A stretch of 64,000 nucleotides of DNA from Nageia nagi (Eukaryota > Plantae > Pinophyta). The notes under the pieces were generated by a model. It searched no databases. It was not told the DNA's origin and saw nothing but the letters and a program-made list of their open reading frames with translations. Of this stretch, positions 1-14,037 are shown in pieces. Position 1 is the first letter of the stretch. Each line of letters opens with the position of its first letter. The stretch lies in assembly GCA_050084985.1 (NCBI GenBank), contig JBITNC010000002.1:3224001-3288000 (forward strand), read 5' to 3'. The translations under genes and the position numbers were made by a program.

Positions 1-1809
1 TAAAGTCTTTGTGAATAACATCAACATTCTCTCTTTCCAAGATTCTAGAACGTGTTTTATACACATGTTTATCATCAAAGCAGGTTCAAAATCCACCAAA
101 GGAAAGAGTAGCTTAAGGGGAATGAGGTAAGATTGGGCCTTAGGAGGGGCGAATAATAGCAACAACTATATCAAATGAAGGACTAGATCAGAGGGAATCA
201 GAAAAAGACTATTGGTGTGGAACAAAAGGGGCAAAGGAAGCGACATGTAAGGTGGTTGGGGTGGGTGTAGGCACAAGGGGAGCATTGGAGGTAATGGGAT
301 GGCAGGTTGGAGGGTTATGGTTACATAACAAGAGTAACATATGGTTACATGGTAGCAGTAGCATTATTGATGATCAGCTGAGAGGAGGAACCATTTTCAA
401 GTTGATTTTGCAAATGATTTTTTCTATTAGGAACTATTTTCTAACCCTCCTAGTCTCCTGTTGGGAATAATTATTTCTATTAGGAACCATTAGCTAGAGA
501 TGGAGGACTAACAGAGGAACCTTGAGGTTGTTTAAACTTCCACTTCATTAATGGGCAATCTTTGATCATACAGACCATTAACTAACAACTATAACAAGTG
601 TTTGGCAAGTTGATATAAAGAAGCCTCTAATGCAAGGTGTGTTCATTAATTTTAACATCTAGTAAATTCTCCTGTAAATCCTTAGTGAGGTAACCTTGAT
701 ACAAACCCTTCTAATGGGATGAGCAAAAAAATATTTTTCCAGCTCCAAACAAACAAACATACTAAGAGACAAAACTCACTCCTATAAAAAACCCCAAAGA
801 GGGACAGGTAACCCATGGAACTCTACCCAAATTAGGACTTCTAAGCCAACTTAATCAGATGCTACCAAATCCCATGTGTAAGATTACATAATAAGCAAGT
901 AGTTTCAGATGGTCTATGGGCCCTTATTAAGGACCCTTTGCTCATGAGATGGTTTAGTGAAACAAATCAGAAAATACCCTTTAGTGAGGCTTTGAATATT
1001 TTAAACCTTAATACCATGAAGGCTCTAGACTTGTTGCACGCAAGTGTAGATAAGGGTGTCATTTGGGATTCTATCAAGAAAATAGCACACCAAGGTATGG
1101 CTTTCAAACCAGGAATAAGTAGAAATAGACTTCTCAAGCGGAATGCAAATTTCAGGAATGGAACCTTTTTTAGTCCCTAAATTGTGTAAATAATAATATA
1201 AACACAAAATAAGCATGAAGATGGTAGTTATTTAAATTTACTGATAAATAAATGAAAATTATGCACTTGATTATAATGAGGCAATCCTCAAGGTATGACA
1301 AGAGAATAAGGAGGATTGCATTGTTGGAATGTATAATGCCTTATTGTAAAGGTTTGTAGTAATACTCTTTGTAAATTCACTAATACTTAAGAGTATCATT
1401 AGATACCTTATGTATTTAAGTGAATATGATAATTTAACTTGTCCTACACTCCATGTCATGGGCAAACCCCTTGGGTGAAAGGGTGTTCCATGTCATGTCT
1501 TTGTGCTTAGGTAAAAAGGTGATCTAAATAGGGATTTTAGCTTATAAATAAAAGGCACCCTCTTTGTTATCATACACCAATTTTATGGAGTAAATTTATG
1601 GTATAGGATAGTGTTTAGAAAATTTGTAAGCATTCATATTTGTGAAGGAAGTAAGATCTTGTTAGTGGATGTACTCCTAGTTGGAGGAACCACTTTATCT
1701 CTTGTATCACTTTGTGAGATTGTTTACTATTTATATATGAGCTTGAGCTTTCATGAGATCTTGGTAGTTTAGGATTGTTTATGTTATATTTCAATCCTCA
1801 CATTTAGTA

Positions 1810-2075
1810 TCTTGAACATGCCTCAAAAGGTGTTTTACCCTAAATGGATTTTATGGGACACCTATTCAAGGTGTAAATAGTAGTGCTCATTGCTTCACCT
1901 CATAAGAAATTACGAAGATTACCTAACATGCATCTAGCCATCTCTATAATTATTCTATTTTTTCTTTCACAACACCATTCTATTGAGGAGTGTATGGAAT
2001 TGTAAACTGCCTCTTGATTCCATACTTAGCACAATAGACATTGAACTCATTGCTATTATATTCTCCCCCATTATT
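1810..2075 (-). pseudogene. Inverted Copia integrase catalytic-core segment
   Basis: The reverse complement reads [69 protein letters not shown]. Confidence 0.88.
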
Positions 2076-2079
2076 TCTA

Positions 2080-3970
2080 AGAAAAGAAAAAAGTTGGATA
2101 AAAGAGCTAAAAAATGCATCTTTATGGGTTACGATGGTTAGCATAGAGGCTACAAGCTCTACTCTCCATCCTACAAAGCAGTGTTTGTTTCAAGGGATGT
2201 AAAGTTCAATGACTTCCTAAAGAATCTACTTCTATTGAGGATGTTGATGATCCATATGACTTATCAGTTGCATCTAGCTAGTTGGATATTGATGTAGACA
2301 AGTTACCTCAGGAGCAAAATTCTCCAACTCAAAGGATAACAAGGAGCATGACCTTGAACAAATCCTTATATGCCAAAATTGACAACAAGAATGAGCCCTC
2401 ATCATTCAAATAAGCTTCAAATAAAGAGTGCTAGATGGAAGCTATGAAAGTGGAATATGAGGCGCTTATGAAAAATGAAACTTGAGACTTAGTTTCTTAT
2501 CCCAATGAGAAAAATGTGATTGACAATAAGTGGATCTACAAGGTCAAGTTTAAGTCAGTTGGGGATATTGAGAAATACAAGGCAAGGTTAGTAGTCAAAG
2601 GTTTTGCTCAGAAATACAATGTAGATTATGAGAAATCCTTTGCTCCAATAGCAAAGATGCCTACTATCAGAATTATCTTTGCTCTCTTTGCAAGTCAAAG
2701 ATGGAAAGTTTTTCAACTTGATGTCAAGAGTGCATTTCTCAATGGTCACTTAGATGTGGAAATCTACATGAATCAACTAGAAGGGTTTATTGTGGAAGGT
2801 AAAGAGTCCTTTGTGTGCAAGCTAAAGAAGTCATTGTATGAACTTACGCAAGCACTTAGAGCTTGGTACAAGAAGATTTTAAAATACTTTGTAGACATTA
2901 TATTCTTCAAATATTTTTCTAACTCTGATTTATATGTATTCAATGAAGGAAAATACGTGGTCTTAATTCTCCTTTATATGGAATATCTTTTTATTACTAG
3001 GAACAATGATGAAATCATCCAAGAGTGTATATCCAAGCTTAAAGCAACATTTGAAATTATTGGTCTTGATCTCTTGCACTAGTACCTTGGAATGCAAGTG
3101 TATCAATACAAGAATTGTAACTATTTTAGTCAATCGAAGTATATATCAAACATCTTGCAGAAGTTTAGACTGAAGAAGTGTAGATATATTGCAATCTGTT
3201 CATTTGGTATCAGAGCAAGGTTTCAATCTTAGGACTTGTTTCTTCTAGAACCACTATTTCTCTGAGTTCCAACTCTTAGTTGGCTGATGTTATAGCTTAT
3301 AGGTAATTAATTGGTAGTCTTTTGTATTTGACTATTTCCAAGCTAGATATTGCCTTTGCAATGAATTTGATAGTATGATTCATGCAGAAACCACATGTTG
3401 AGCACCTCAATGCTATTAAGCAAATTTTGAGATATGTTCCAGGGACTAAGGATCTTGCTCTCAAGTATTCTAAATTTCCTTCATTTATTCTCTCAAAATT
3501 TTTAGATTTTGACTACGGAGGGGATAGAGATAACAAGAAATTAACCTTTGCATATTTTTTAGCATTGGTTCAAGTGCTATCTCTTGGGCCTTCAAGAAGC
3601 AACCTATTATTTCTCTTTCCACCATAGAATTTGAATATCATGCTATGTTTGTTACAATCCAAGAAGCTATTTGGCTAAGGTATCTTCTAAAATAAATTGG
3701 GTATGAGCATGCTAGCTCATATTTGATTTTTCAAATAATTAGTTGGTAATTTCTTTGGCTAAGAATCTTGTGTTCCATAAGAGAACAAAACATGTGGAAA
3801 TTCAAACCCTTTTTATCAAGGAGAAGGTTCTTGATGGCATCATAAACCTAGGGTATTGTCCATCAACCTTGAACTTCATTGATTTGTTCACCAAGCCCCT
3901 TCTTGAAGCTTAGTTCTGTAAGCTTAGGAATGCTATTGGATTGATGAAGTTGCCCTCAAGGGAGAATGAA
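2080..3970 (+). pseudogene. Copia pol remnant (integrase C-terminus, RT, RNase H) with stops and frameshifts
   Basis: [17 protein letters not shown] at about 2082; ORFs 2516-3082 and 3382-3627; KRTKHVEI motif near 3780. Confidence 0.9.
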
Positions 3971-4647
3971 ATTTGAATTCTTGTGTTGAATTCATATTTG
4001 TGATGATAACTTCACCCCTAAGAGGATTTTATATTGTCTAATGTTGATTTTGTTGTACACCTTCATGGTAAGTTCGTTTGCATGAGGAACTTGTACAAAT
4101 TTTTAAAGCAAAAGATTGGCCAATCTAGCACTATTCAGTGTTCCATGTGTGAAGAACTTGTATGTGTCTTTTGGCACTATTCAGTTATCCATATGTGAGA
4201 AACTCATATGTGCATTTTGTTATGCTTTATTTTGTAATGTTAATCAACACATATTTTGTATATAGTAGATGATTATGAGTTTTGGCTTGGCATCTTCGTG
4301 ATGACTTATAGTGCACCATTGATCAGTTTATGATGGTATTTGTTTGATTCATCTATCTTTATTAATATGAATATATTGGATCTAACTAATCTTGTTATTT
4401 GAGCTACTTATGATTTGCAAGTTCCTTGAGATTGCAAGTTACTTACTTTGGATGTGCAAGCTCATAGAGACTCGTCATGATTTCCATTTGGATGATTACT
4501 TTATGTACATTAAAACCAGTTATGGTTAATGATTGTATTGTAAATCATTTGTTAAAATGGTAAAGTAATTAGTCTCAAACTAGATCTTTCTTACTTCACA
4601 AATATGTAAAATGTTCTTATCTTTGGTTATATTTGTTTAGAGGAGAA

Positions 4648-4653
4648 CTCTCT

Positions 4654-4693
<40 letters not shown>
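4648..4693. repeat. (CT)n microsatellite in the Copia 3' UTR
   Basis: CT dinucleotide run with one interruption. Confidence 0.95.
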
Positions 4694-7600
4694 ATGCTTT
4701 ATCCCAATATTGTATTAAGGGGAGTGTTGGAATGTATAATGCATTATTGTAAAGGTTTGTATTAATACTCTTTGTAAATTCACTAATACTTAAGAGTATC
4801 ATTAGATACCTTACATTTTTAAATGAATATAATAATGTAACTTGTCCTACACTCCATGTCATGAGCATGCCCCTTGGGTAAAAGGGTGTTGCATGTCATG
4901 CCTTTGTACATTGGGTAAAAAGGTGATTCAAAGAGGGATTTTAACTTATAAATAGAAGGCTTCCTATTTGTTATCATACACCAATTTTATGGAGTAAAGT
5001 TATACTATAGGATAGTGTTTAGGAGATTTGTAAGAGTTCATATTTGTGAATGAAGTAAGATCTAGTTAGTGGATGTACTTTGAGTTGGAGAAACTACTTT
5101 ATCTCTTGTGTCATTTTGTGAGATTATTTACTTTGAGTTATTTAGATGTGAGCTTGAGCTTTCATAACATCTTGGTAGTTTAGGATTGTTTATGTTATAT
5201 TTCAATCCCCACATGCATTGAATCAAATATGGATTTGATGATGATAATGAATTGTGCAAACTAGCATTCGTCACTACTTTAGTAGATTCTAATAGTGACT
5301 CATTGGCCACTACTTTAGTAGATACCAATATTAATATGTGGTCCACTATCTTGATGATGCCAATGGTGATTCATTGCTTTAGTAGATACTAGTGTTGACA
5401 TGGTGGGAAAGCTTATTGAAAGGAAGTAATCAAGAGCATAAGTTCTTGGAACCCAAAAAGAATAGAGCGAACGACTTTGATGTCATCCATAGCCTGCAAC
5501 AACAACATCCACACCCTTCTTTCTTGCAACAACAACACAATAACAAAACTTGTGAAACTCCCTAGTATAAGAAATGGAGTCACCCCCATCCATCAAGCGA
5601 GGAGAAGAGAGTTTATGTTTGCATTATGGGAAATGGTTGAAGAAATCCATCTTGGAGAGTAGAGCCAAAGGCATCATCAATCCTTCAAGATGAGAGTTTC
5701 TAGGGAATTCTTGGAGAAGCCTTAAAATATCATCTTCCCCCATCTTATTTTTGTCTTTATCACCCCATTCATGGAGCTTTCCTAAGGTAACCATGATCCG
5801 AAATGGATTTTTGGATGCATTGAAAAGGTGAAAAATAAAGTTCCTCTTTTTCTATCTTTATGTGCTCGATATCGAAGTCCTCTTCTCCAAGATCTCAATG
5901 CTTTGAATGATGAAGAAAACGGAGTTGTGGTTCATGAAATACTAATCCTTGAAGTTTTGAAAAAAAATAATTAAAGATTATTAGTTTTGAAATTAAAATA
6001 GTAAATATTTAAAATGTTGTTATATCATCATTTATTCCCATTGGTGGGACCCAACATCCAAGGTGGCATCCAAGTTGGTAGTTAACAAGTGGAAGTCCAT
6101 GAGGGAAAGTTAACTGGTGAGTTCATTGAACAATGAGGGCAACCACGATCGCCACATGGAGGTCCCTTATCCTTACCATGATCCCAAGGCATGTACGAAT
6201 TCATCTACATTCACCTAATATTAGTGATTAATTGATGATCAAAAGAGGTTAGCAATGTACGTAGTACAAGTTAATTGGTAGGTGGCAGAGATCAATGATG
6301 TGGTAGACCTTGTGTATAAGCTCATGTGGTATACGACAATGATGCCTATGTATAAAGGAAGTTAGGCGATGTTTATTAGTCAACATGATAATGGCACCAG
6401 CTAGTTGATTCTACCCATTATAGCATGCCTGTTGGATTATATGGAATTTGATAAGCCATTAGCTTGGAGAGGAAGATATTGTTGGTCAAAAGGGTTATTT
6501 GAATCCCCTTGGTTGGTGATTATTGTACCAAGTGGCACCTCCCTATTTAATTTGCTCACCATTCCATTCTGTTGGTTTTATAATAGTATTTAGGTTAATA
6601 TTTATTGGAGTTATCATTATATGGTATTAAAAATAGTTTTGTAGAATATTTCAATACTCACTATTGACCGATTTAATTGGAGAGCCCTAAAACCAAGGAG
6701 GAGAGTTGCTACGAGAAAACCAAAAGAAGGATAATTTTGTTAAGAGGATGAGCATTATTATAACAAGAGGGAAAATACCTATGTTGGTATTATTTGTTTT
6801 AACTACTCTTAATCTCATTTTTAAGCTCCTTAGTGTCATAAAAGGAGGCTTAGGGAGAGTAGAATAGTTAGCTAGAATTCAAGGAGAGAATTCTTCTGAG
6901 TAAAATTCCAAGAGTGGAATGGTGTTCCCATTTCTTAAAGGGATTTGGAAGAGATGTTATGCTAGTGAAAGCATAAGCAAATATTTGTAAAATTCCATGT
7001 TAACATAGCATAAAAATTATGTAAGAGAGTAGTGAGATTGTTGTGGCATTAGAAGGTAAAATCCATTTGGATATTGGAGGCTTCAATACAACGATGTTGT
7101 AGTCACTTTCCATTATAGATTTAGATATGCTAAATGTAGCCCCACATCAGGTGAACCAAGGTATATCGATATCGCATTTTGTGGTAAATGATTTCTCTCT
7201 TTTATTTATTTTGGCAATTATTTTATGTTATATAATTGTTTAAATATTAAAAATTTTGCAAACACTTGAAAATGGACAAGTGTGAGAATTCATAAGATGA
7301 CCTTAGAAATTCCATAGATAACTAGAGTTTACATATCAAACCAAGTCAAAAAGGGGCATACAAGGGCATCAAATCAGGAATGTTCAAGGGCGAATGGTTC
7401 AATTTTAGGCATGTATTTTTCTTATTTAATTCTTTGGATTATGCAGTTTCAATTCCTTTCATTACATATCCATAGAGGGGTAAAATGTAAATGCCTAACT
7501 ATGATTTTTAATAATTAAAAAATCATATTTATTGCATTAAATAATATTATTATAAAAAATGGTATAAATGCATCACAAGCAATGTAATGAGTAGATAACA

Positions 7601-8484
7601 ATGTAAAAAGTGTAGATCTCAAGAACAAATGCATCTATAAAAGAATATCAATGCAAGATATTCCATATGCAAGCAAGTCCAAGGAATGCATCACAACTGG
7701 AACGGTGTCTTTAGACACCACCAATCAACCTTGGATTTGTTATGCCCTAGTTGCAGTGATCATATTCCACTCTTTGCGTGAGGTCAAATTCTTCATAATT
7801 GAGAGCATCGACACCTTAAATTTGATTATTTTCATGGCATGGGCGCTCTAGTTCCTACATCTGGCAAAGAGGTAATTCGACTGCTTAGAGCTCATCGATG
7901 ATCAAAAGATAGGTGTGTGACCACTTGTTTCACATGTACTCGAAAAGATGTATTGTAAACATATTAATGAATTATTAATTTAATTCATTATTTATGATTT
8001 ACACCTTTACCTCATGGAATACTTTTGGAACAAACTTATGAGGATGTTTCCCAAGCACCATTTCTTCCTAAAATAAGCTCGGCATCAACTAAGCTAGTTG
8101 AATGGTTGGCGACCATTATTAAAGGAAACAACAACACCTAAGGCAATGTTATTGATATACATGCTAAAGCAATAATTATTTCCCTCTCTAGATCTGCAAG
8201 GAGTAGGTAGAGTAACATGCACTCAAGAGGGCCCTCAAGCTCAAAGATGGCAAAACTGGTATGATTAAAGCATGCAAAACCTAGCAAAGCTCAAATACAG
8301 AATTTATCAGTATCATTTTATTAACCTTTATACATTTCCTACCACTCAAAAAAAAAAAATTATCATAATTTATCTTAATTATTTTTCACAAAATACATAT
8401 CCAAAACAACTAAATAAAACATATAATCACAGCTCAAAACTCAAAAATATTATAAAAATAAATAAAAATAAAAACATTTGAAAC

Positions 8485-11400
8485 GCATGCAGTAATGGAT
8501 GTTGACTATTGGATAAAGTCGTTGAGACTTTCAATTATTGCTTGCCACCTGAAAGGAGGGAGATTCTGTTGAGTAAATCATGTTGACCATTGAGAAATTT
8601 ATGTTTTGTGTTTTCATAACTTTAGCAAGTAGTTAGGAAACGTCTCCACTAAGATGAATTTTGTGACTAGTGGAGGCGGGGAGATAAAGAGACAGAGCTA
8701 GGATGAAAAGGGGGTTTGTGTATTTTGAATGCAAATAATGTGTTGTAGGTGTTCTGAGGATTTCTGAGTGATTAGACTGATTTGTTATTTGGCCCCAAAA
8801 GATCTCTATTTTTAGTTCATAGTTTTGTATTCCTTATGTTTGTTTTTTTTGTCTTGGGTGTAGTTGCATTGCTATGATTGCAGGTTTATCAGAAGGTTGG
8901 TGTTGTCCTACTTCATTCGGGCCTACCCTGCATCAGTTTTGGTATCAGAGGAACTCATAAAATGGCTCAGAGAGGAGTCCAGGTGAACTGGAGAAGGAGG
9001 AATAGGAGGAACAATGGATTAAGACGTAATGATGGTGGAGAATTACTCAAAAGATTGGAAGCACTTGAGGCTAGGCTAAGGCATGATGAATCAAAAGATG
9101 AGCAAGAATATGAAGTTGTCCCTATTGCAATAGCAGACCCCATGGAAAGATTGATTGAGGCCATTTCAAAACAAGGGACTAAAACTAAGGTGGAAGTTTC
9201 AGAATTCAAAGGTGAGTTGAACCCTGATAAATATTTAGATTGGTTGCAAGAGTTAGAGAAGTATTTTGACATGGAAGCATAGAGGAAGAGGACCTAAGAA
9301 GGGTAAAATTTGCAGTTACAAGTCTGAAATCACATGCATCTTTGAGGTGGAATAATATTCAAAATACTCGAACAAGGCAAGGTAAAGATAAGATTAAACT
9401 CTAGCCAGAAATGCTAAAAGAGTTGAAGGCTAAGTTTTTATCCAATGACTATTCATAGAAGATCTTTAAACAATTCTAGAACTTGAACCAAAAAGATTTG
9501 TCTGTGTTGGAATATACAGAACATTTCATGAAGCTACAGATCCGTGCGAATGTGCCTAAAGACAATGAACAGTCTGCGACAAGATATGCCAATGGATTGA
9601 ATTTTCAAATACAAGATGAGACGGCCTCAATTAAGCTACACACCGTAGATGAAGCATATCAATATGCTTTTAGAGCTAAAGAGAAACTGCAACATGGTAA
9701 GAGTAAATCATCCAGCCAGAGAGGTGAGAAGAACTCAAGAAATGCCCAAGGTGAAAGACCTGGAGAAGGTTCAGGAGTGAAGCCAGATTCCATAGGGAAA
9801 AGGAGGTTTTTGAGGCAGAGGAAGGGGACAACCATTTGGTTACAGAAGACTGTTGAAGTGCTTCATATGTGGTGAGCCTCACAAAGCACTGGATTGTCCA
9901 CAAAACCCAAAAAGGGCATTAGTAACAGAGGAAGAGGAGTTTGAGCCAGAAAGAGTTGAAGCTGAGACTGGAGAGGATTTGATGCTACAAAGGACGTTAA
10001 CATCTGAAAATAAAGTGTGTATCGAAGCTTATTGGAGAAGAAAACATATTTTCAGAACGAAATGCAAATGCAAGGATAAAGTTTGCAAGGTAATCATAGA
10101 TGGAGCTTCCACTGATAACCTAGTAAGTGCAAAAATCGTACAAAAGCTACAACTTGTTTGTATTCCTAAAGCAAATCCATATAAGATTTATTGGCTAAAA
10201 ATGATCATATTGTACTGGTAAATCAATTTCACATGATTTCTTTTAACATTGGACCATATGAAGATAGAATATTATGTGATGTGGTGCCAATGGATGCATG
10301 TCACTTACTATTGGGGAGGCCCTGGCAATCTGATCGAGCAACACTTCATGATGGCAAAAAAAATACTTATGAGGTACAAGCTAGAAAGAAATACCTTCTA
10401 AAGCCTTGGAACGAAGGAGAAATATCTAAGATATCAGCATTATCTCTTGTGACAATGCAATATAAAAAGTTTTACAAAGAAGCCAGGGGAGATGTGTGTT
10501 ATGTGTTATGTCCGATTGAAGAAAAATAAGCAGAACATGGTGAATTGTCACCAACAATGAAGAAATTATTGGAAGAATATTCTGATGTAACTCCAACAGA
10601 GCTACCGGCTGGTTTACCCCCCTCATGTCCCATTACCCACCATATTTCATGGTTCCATGATGAAAACTTCCTAACCAAGTGCCTTATAGACTAAGCTCAC
10701 ATGAAAATGAAGAAATAAGAAGGCAAATATCAAAATTATTATCAAAAGGCTTTATAAGGAAGAGTATGAGTCCTTGTGCCACACCAGCTATAATCTCTCC
10801 TAAGAAAGAAGGCAAATGGACGATGTGTGTTGATTATCGAGCTATCAACAAGATCAAAGTAAAGTATCATTATCCATTACTCAGGATGAATGGCATTCTA
10901 GGCTGTCTAGTCGATGCCAAGATCCTCTCTAAATTTGACTTGAGGAGTAGGTATTATCAAGTATGAATTCAAGAAGGAGATGAATGGAAGACAAGGTTCA
11001 AAACAGAGGATGGTTTATATGAATGTCTCGTGATGCCATTTAGATTGTCTAATGCTCCAGCCACCTTTATGTGAACCATGGATGAGGTATTTAGATCCTA
11101 CATTGGAAAATGTGTGATTATTTACTTTGATGGTATTTTGATATTTGATAAAAATTTAGAAAAACATCTGGAGCATTTGAAATCAATATTTGATACATTG
11201 ACAACAAATAGATTATTTGTGAACCTTGAAAAGAGTGAGTTTTGTAGAGACAATAGTTTTTCTTGGAAATGTGATTTTAGCAAATGAAGTAAGTATCGAT
11301 CCAAAAAAGATTAGAACCATACTTGAATGGCCTACTCCTCAAAGCATCACCAAGGTAAGAAGTTTTCAGGGATTTGTGAATTTCTATAGGAGATTTATCG

Positions 11401-12930
11401 GAAATTACAATGGGGTGAGTGCTCCTTTGACTGAATGCACTAAAGGGAAGTCCTTCTCATGGACCAAGGCAGCTGAAAGAAGCTTTGAACATCTCAGAAA
11501 GAAAGTTACAGACGCTCCAATTCTAGCCTTACCAAACTTTGAAAAGATGTTTACTGTAGAATGTGATGCTTCAATTGTGGCCATTGGAGGAGTGTTCAGC
11601 CAAGAACAAGAAGGTAAGCCAGTTGCTTATTTCAGTGAAAACTTAAATGATGCTAAGAAAATGTATGGAACTTATGATAAAGAGTTATATGCTATTGTTC
11701 AATCATTGCAGCAATGGAGACATTGTCTTTTGCATAGAGTATTCATTTTGTTCACAAATAACCAAGCATTGAAATATATAAATTCTCAAGCCAAATTATC
11801 TCTTAAACATACCAAATGGGTTTCATATTTGAAGTTTCACCTTTGCAATTCAGCATATAAGTGGAAAAACTAATGTTGTGGCAGATGCTCTAAGTAGAAG
11901 GCATCGTCTACTTGTTAAAATGATAAATGAGGTTATTGGATTTGAAGAGATGAATAGAAGTTTGGGAAACTTACTACGAAGCCTAATGGGTGAGAGTCCA
12001 AGAAAATGGGATTTGGTCTTACCACAAGCTGAATTTGTCTTCAATTCTAGCATCAATAGGTCCATTCGAAAGTCCCCATTCCATATTGTTTATGGTGATA
12101 ATCCAAAGGGATAGTTGATCTAATTGAACTTCTAGAAGACAAGCGTGTGAGTCAAAATTCAGAGTATTTTGTAAAACATATGCATGATGTGCAACAAGTC
12201 AGACAAAAGTTACAAATTAGTAATGAAAAGTATAAAACAAGCACAAACTTGCATAGGAGGCAGAAATTGTATCAAGAAGGTAATCAAGTCATGATTTATC
12301 TTCGGAAGGAGAGGTTCCCTGCAAAAACTTATCATAAATTAAAACCTAAGAAGATTGGCCCATAAAAAGTGCTTAAGCAGTTAAATCAGAATGCATACTT
12401 AATAGTACGATGTTCAAGAGAAATGACGCCAACAGTTGCCACCAAAGAACAAGGAACGCATTGAAAAAGTAGTGGATACCAAGCTCACTACTACTAGATC
12501 CAACAGTAACAGAGTGTATTTAGTTAGATGGGAGGGTTTGCCAGATTCTAATAACAGTTGGATCACAGAAGCTGAACTAATAAAGTTTACTGAGTTATAT
12601 TCTTCTAAACCAGCAGGTTCAAAGATTTAAAAGAAGGGGAGAATGATGCAGTAATGGATGATGACTATTGGATAACGCTGTTGAGACTTTCAACTGTTGC
12701 TTGCCACCTGCCTTGCCACAAGGGAGATTCTGTTGAGTAAATCATGCTAACCATTGAGAAAATTATGTTTTGTGTTTCCATAATTTTAGCAAGTAGTTAG
12801 GAAACGTCTCCTCTAAGGGGATAATGAATTTTGTGACTAGTGGAGGCAGGGAGATGAAGAGCAAGAGCTAGGATGAAAAGGGGGCCAGTGTATTTTGAAG
12901 GCGGATAATGTGTTGTACTGCCCTGCATGA
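8485..12930 (+). mobile_element. Ty3/Gypsy chromovirus, CRM-like, degenerate (5' LTR about 8485-8935; 3' LTR 12644-12930, internally deleted)
   Basis: LTR pair sharing ATGCAGTAATGGATG..CCCTGCAT(C/G)A; iMet PBS TGGTATCAGAG 8940-8950; PPT AAAAGAAGGGGAGAA; gag with CFICGEPHKALDC knuckle, protease VIIDG / CDVVPMDACHLLLGRPWQ, RT, RNase H (ECDAS, YDKELYA), integrase end, chromodomain YLVRWEGLPDSNNSW. No clean TSD found. Confidence 0.92.
8962..12630 (+). pseudogene. gag-pol polyprotein pseudogene of the chromovirus
   Basis: A chain of ORF fragments (8878-12630) in gag-PR-RT-RH-INT-chromodomain order, with many stops and frameshifts. Confidence 0.9.
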
Positions 12931-14037
12931 TTTAACATCATATCAATTGTTCAAATTTTCCTTCTGTTATGATCCACACCCTATAACATTTTGAAGCATT
13001 TATCTAGTACAAGAATGGAATTTAAAGAACCATTTATAAAGCTTTAAAATGGATTTCCTCTCTAAGAAGCAGTGGTTTAGCATTCTATAAGGATGCATAT
13101 TCCAACAACATCAACACTATCTATTCCACAAGCATCCAAATGGCTACAAAGACATGTTCAGTCTGAGCTTTAGGTCATATACTATACTAAATTGCACATC
13201 ACAAACAGCATATTGTGTCCTGAATAATTTGTAGCCTTTCATAAATGTTGTGATGCACATTTTTTTCATGCACCTCAAAGAATCTTAGTGTTGCAAATAT
13301 ATATATCAAAACAAATATGTCATGATTGTGATAACTGAGCCTACTGAAAACAGATATAATGTATGTCAATATTAAATATGCCACTCACCAGTATCATGAG
13401 CTTTATATTGATTCTCTTTTGTAAGGAAAAAATATGCCATAGGCATGATAACAGAATCCTTATTTATCAAACTTCAATTTCTTCGAATAAAGAGAAGTAA
13501 TTTTCTTGATCACTGGGATCGAGAACTTCTTTTGCCATCAGTAGTTAATACGCAGTTGCACAATCCCTGCCAGTATCATCTGTATTTCTCTTTGTTGCCA
13601 ACAAAATCTATAAATCATATAGTACAACATTTGTGAATGAATCATCGACTGTTAGAAACTGAGCTTGGCAAACTGAATGCAAATCCAAAATAGCAATGAC
13701 CTTATATTTTAAGTATTGATGTGTGTGATTCACATAATGAATATGTGTAAACACAGGATTATAAACATGGCAAGCACGCTAGGAGTCTCCTTGGATAGAA
13801 CACCAAATGAGGCCCTACAGCACAGCACACAATAATGAAAATAATTGCAAACAGAACAAGGACAAAAAGCCTGCTGTTTTTTAATAATTACTGGAACAGA
13901 ACTGATAAATGTAATCAGTAACAAAAAGCTACAAGGAGAGAAATGAATACTCAATTGGCAACGGATGATACATTTTGATCCACAATGCTTGGATCTTATT
14001 TGTAACTCTTCCAGAAAGAAGGAAAAAGCCTAAATTA

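Larger units (their letters stand above)
1322..5213 (+). mobile_element. Ty1/Copia LTR retrotransposon, internally deleted and rearranged (LTRs 1322-1802 and 4725-5213, TSD TGCAT)
   Basis: Paired LTRs TGTTGGAATG...CACA; TGCAT at 1317-1321 and 5214-5218; PPT TTAAGGGGAG before 4725; Copia RT motifs (KYKARLVVKGF, QLDVKSAFLNG, KSLY) and RNase H remnants; no gag/protease. Confidence 0.95.

Noticed and set aside
250-1260. Short ORFs and a faint minus-strand zinc-knuckle-like trace
   Set aside because: Too degenerate to assign; probably old retroelement debris.
5393-7264. Possible solo LTR (TGTTG..AACA)
   Set aside because: The 3' part looks LTR-like, but there is no matching TSD and the 5' TGTTG belongs to a local tandem repeat; boundaries are unsupported.
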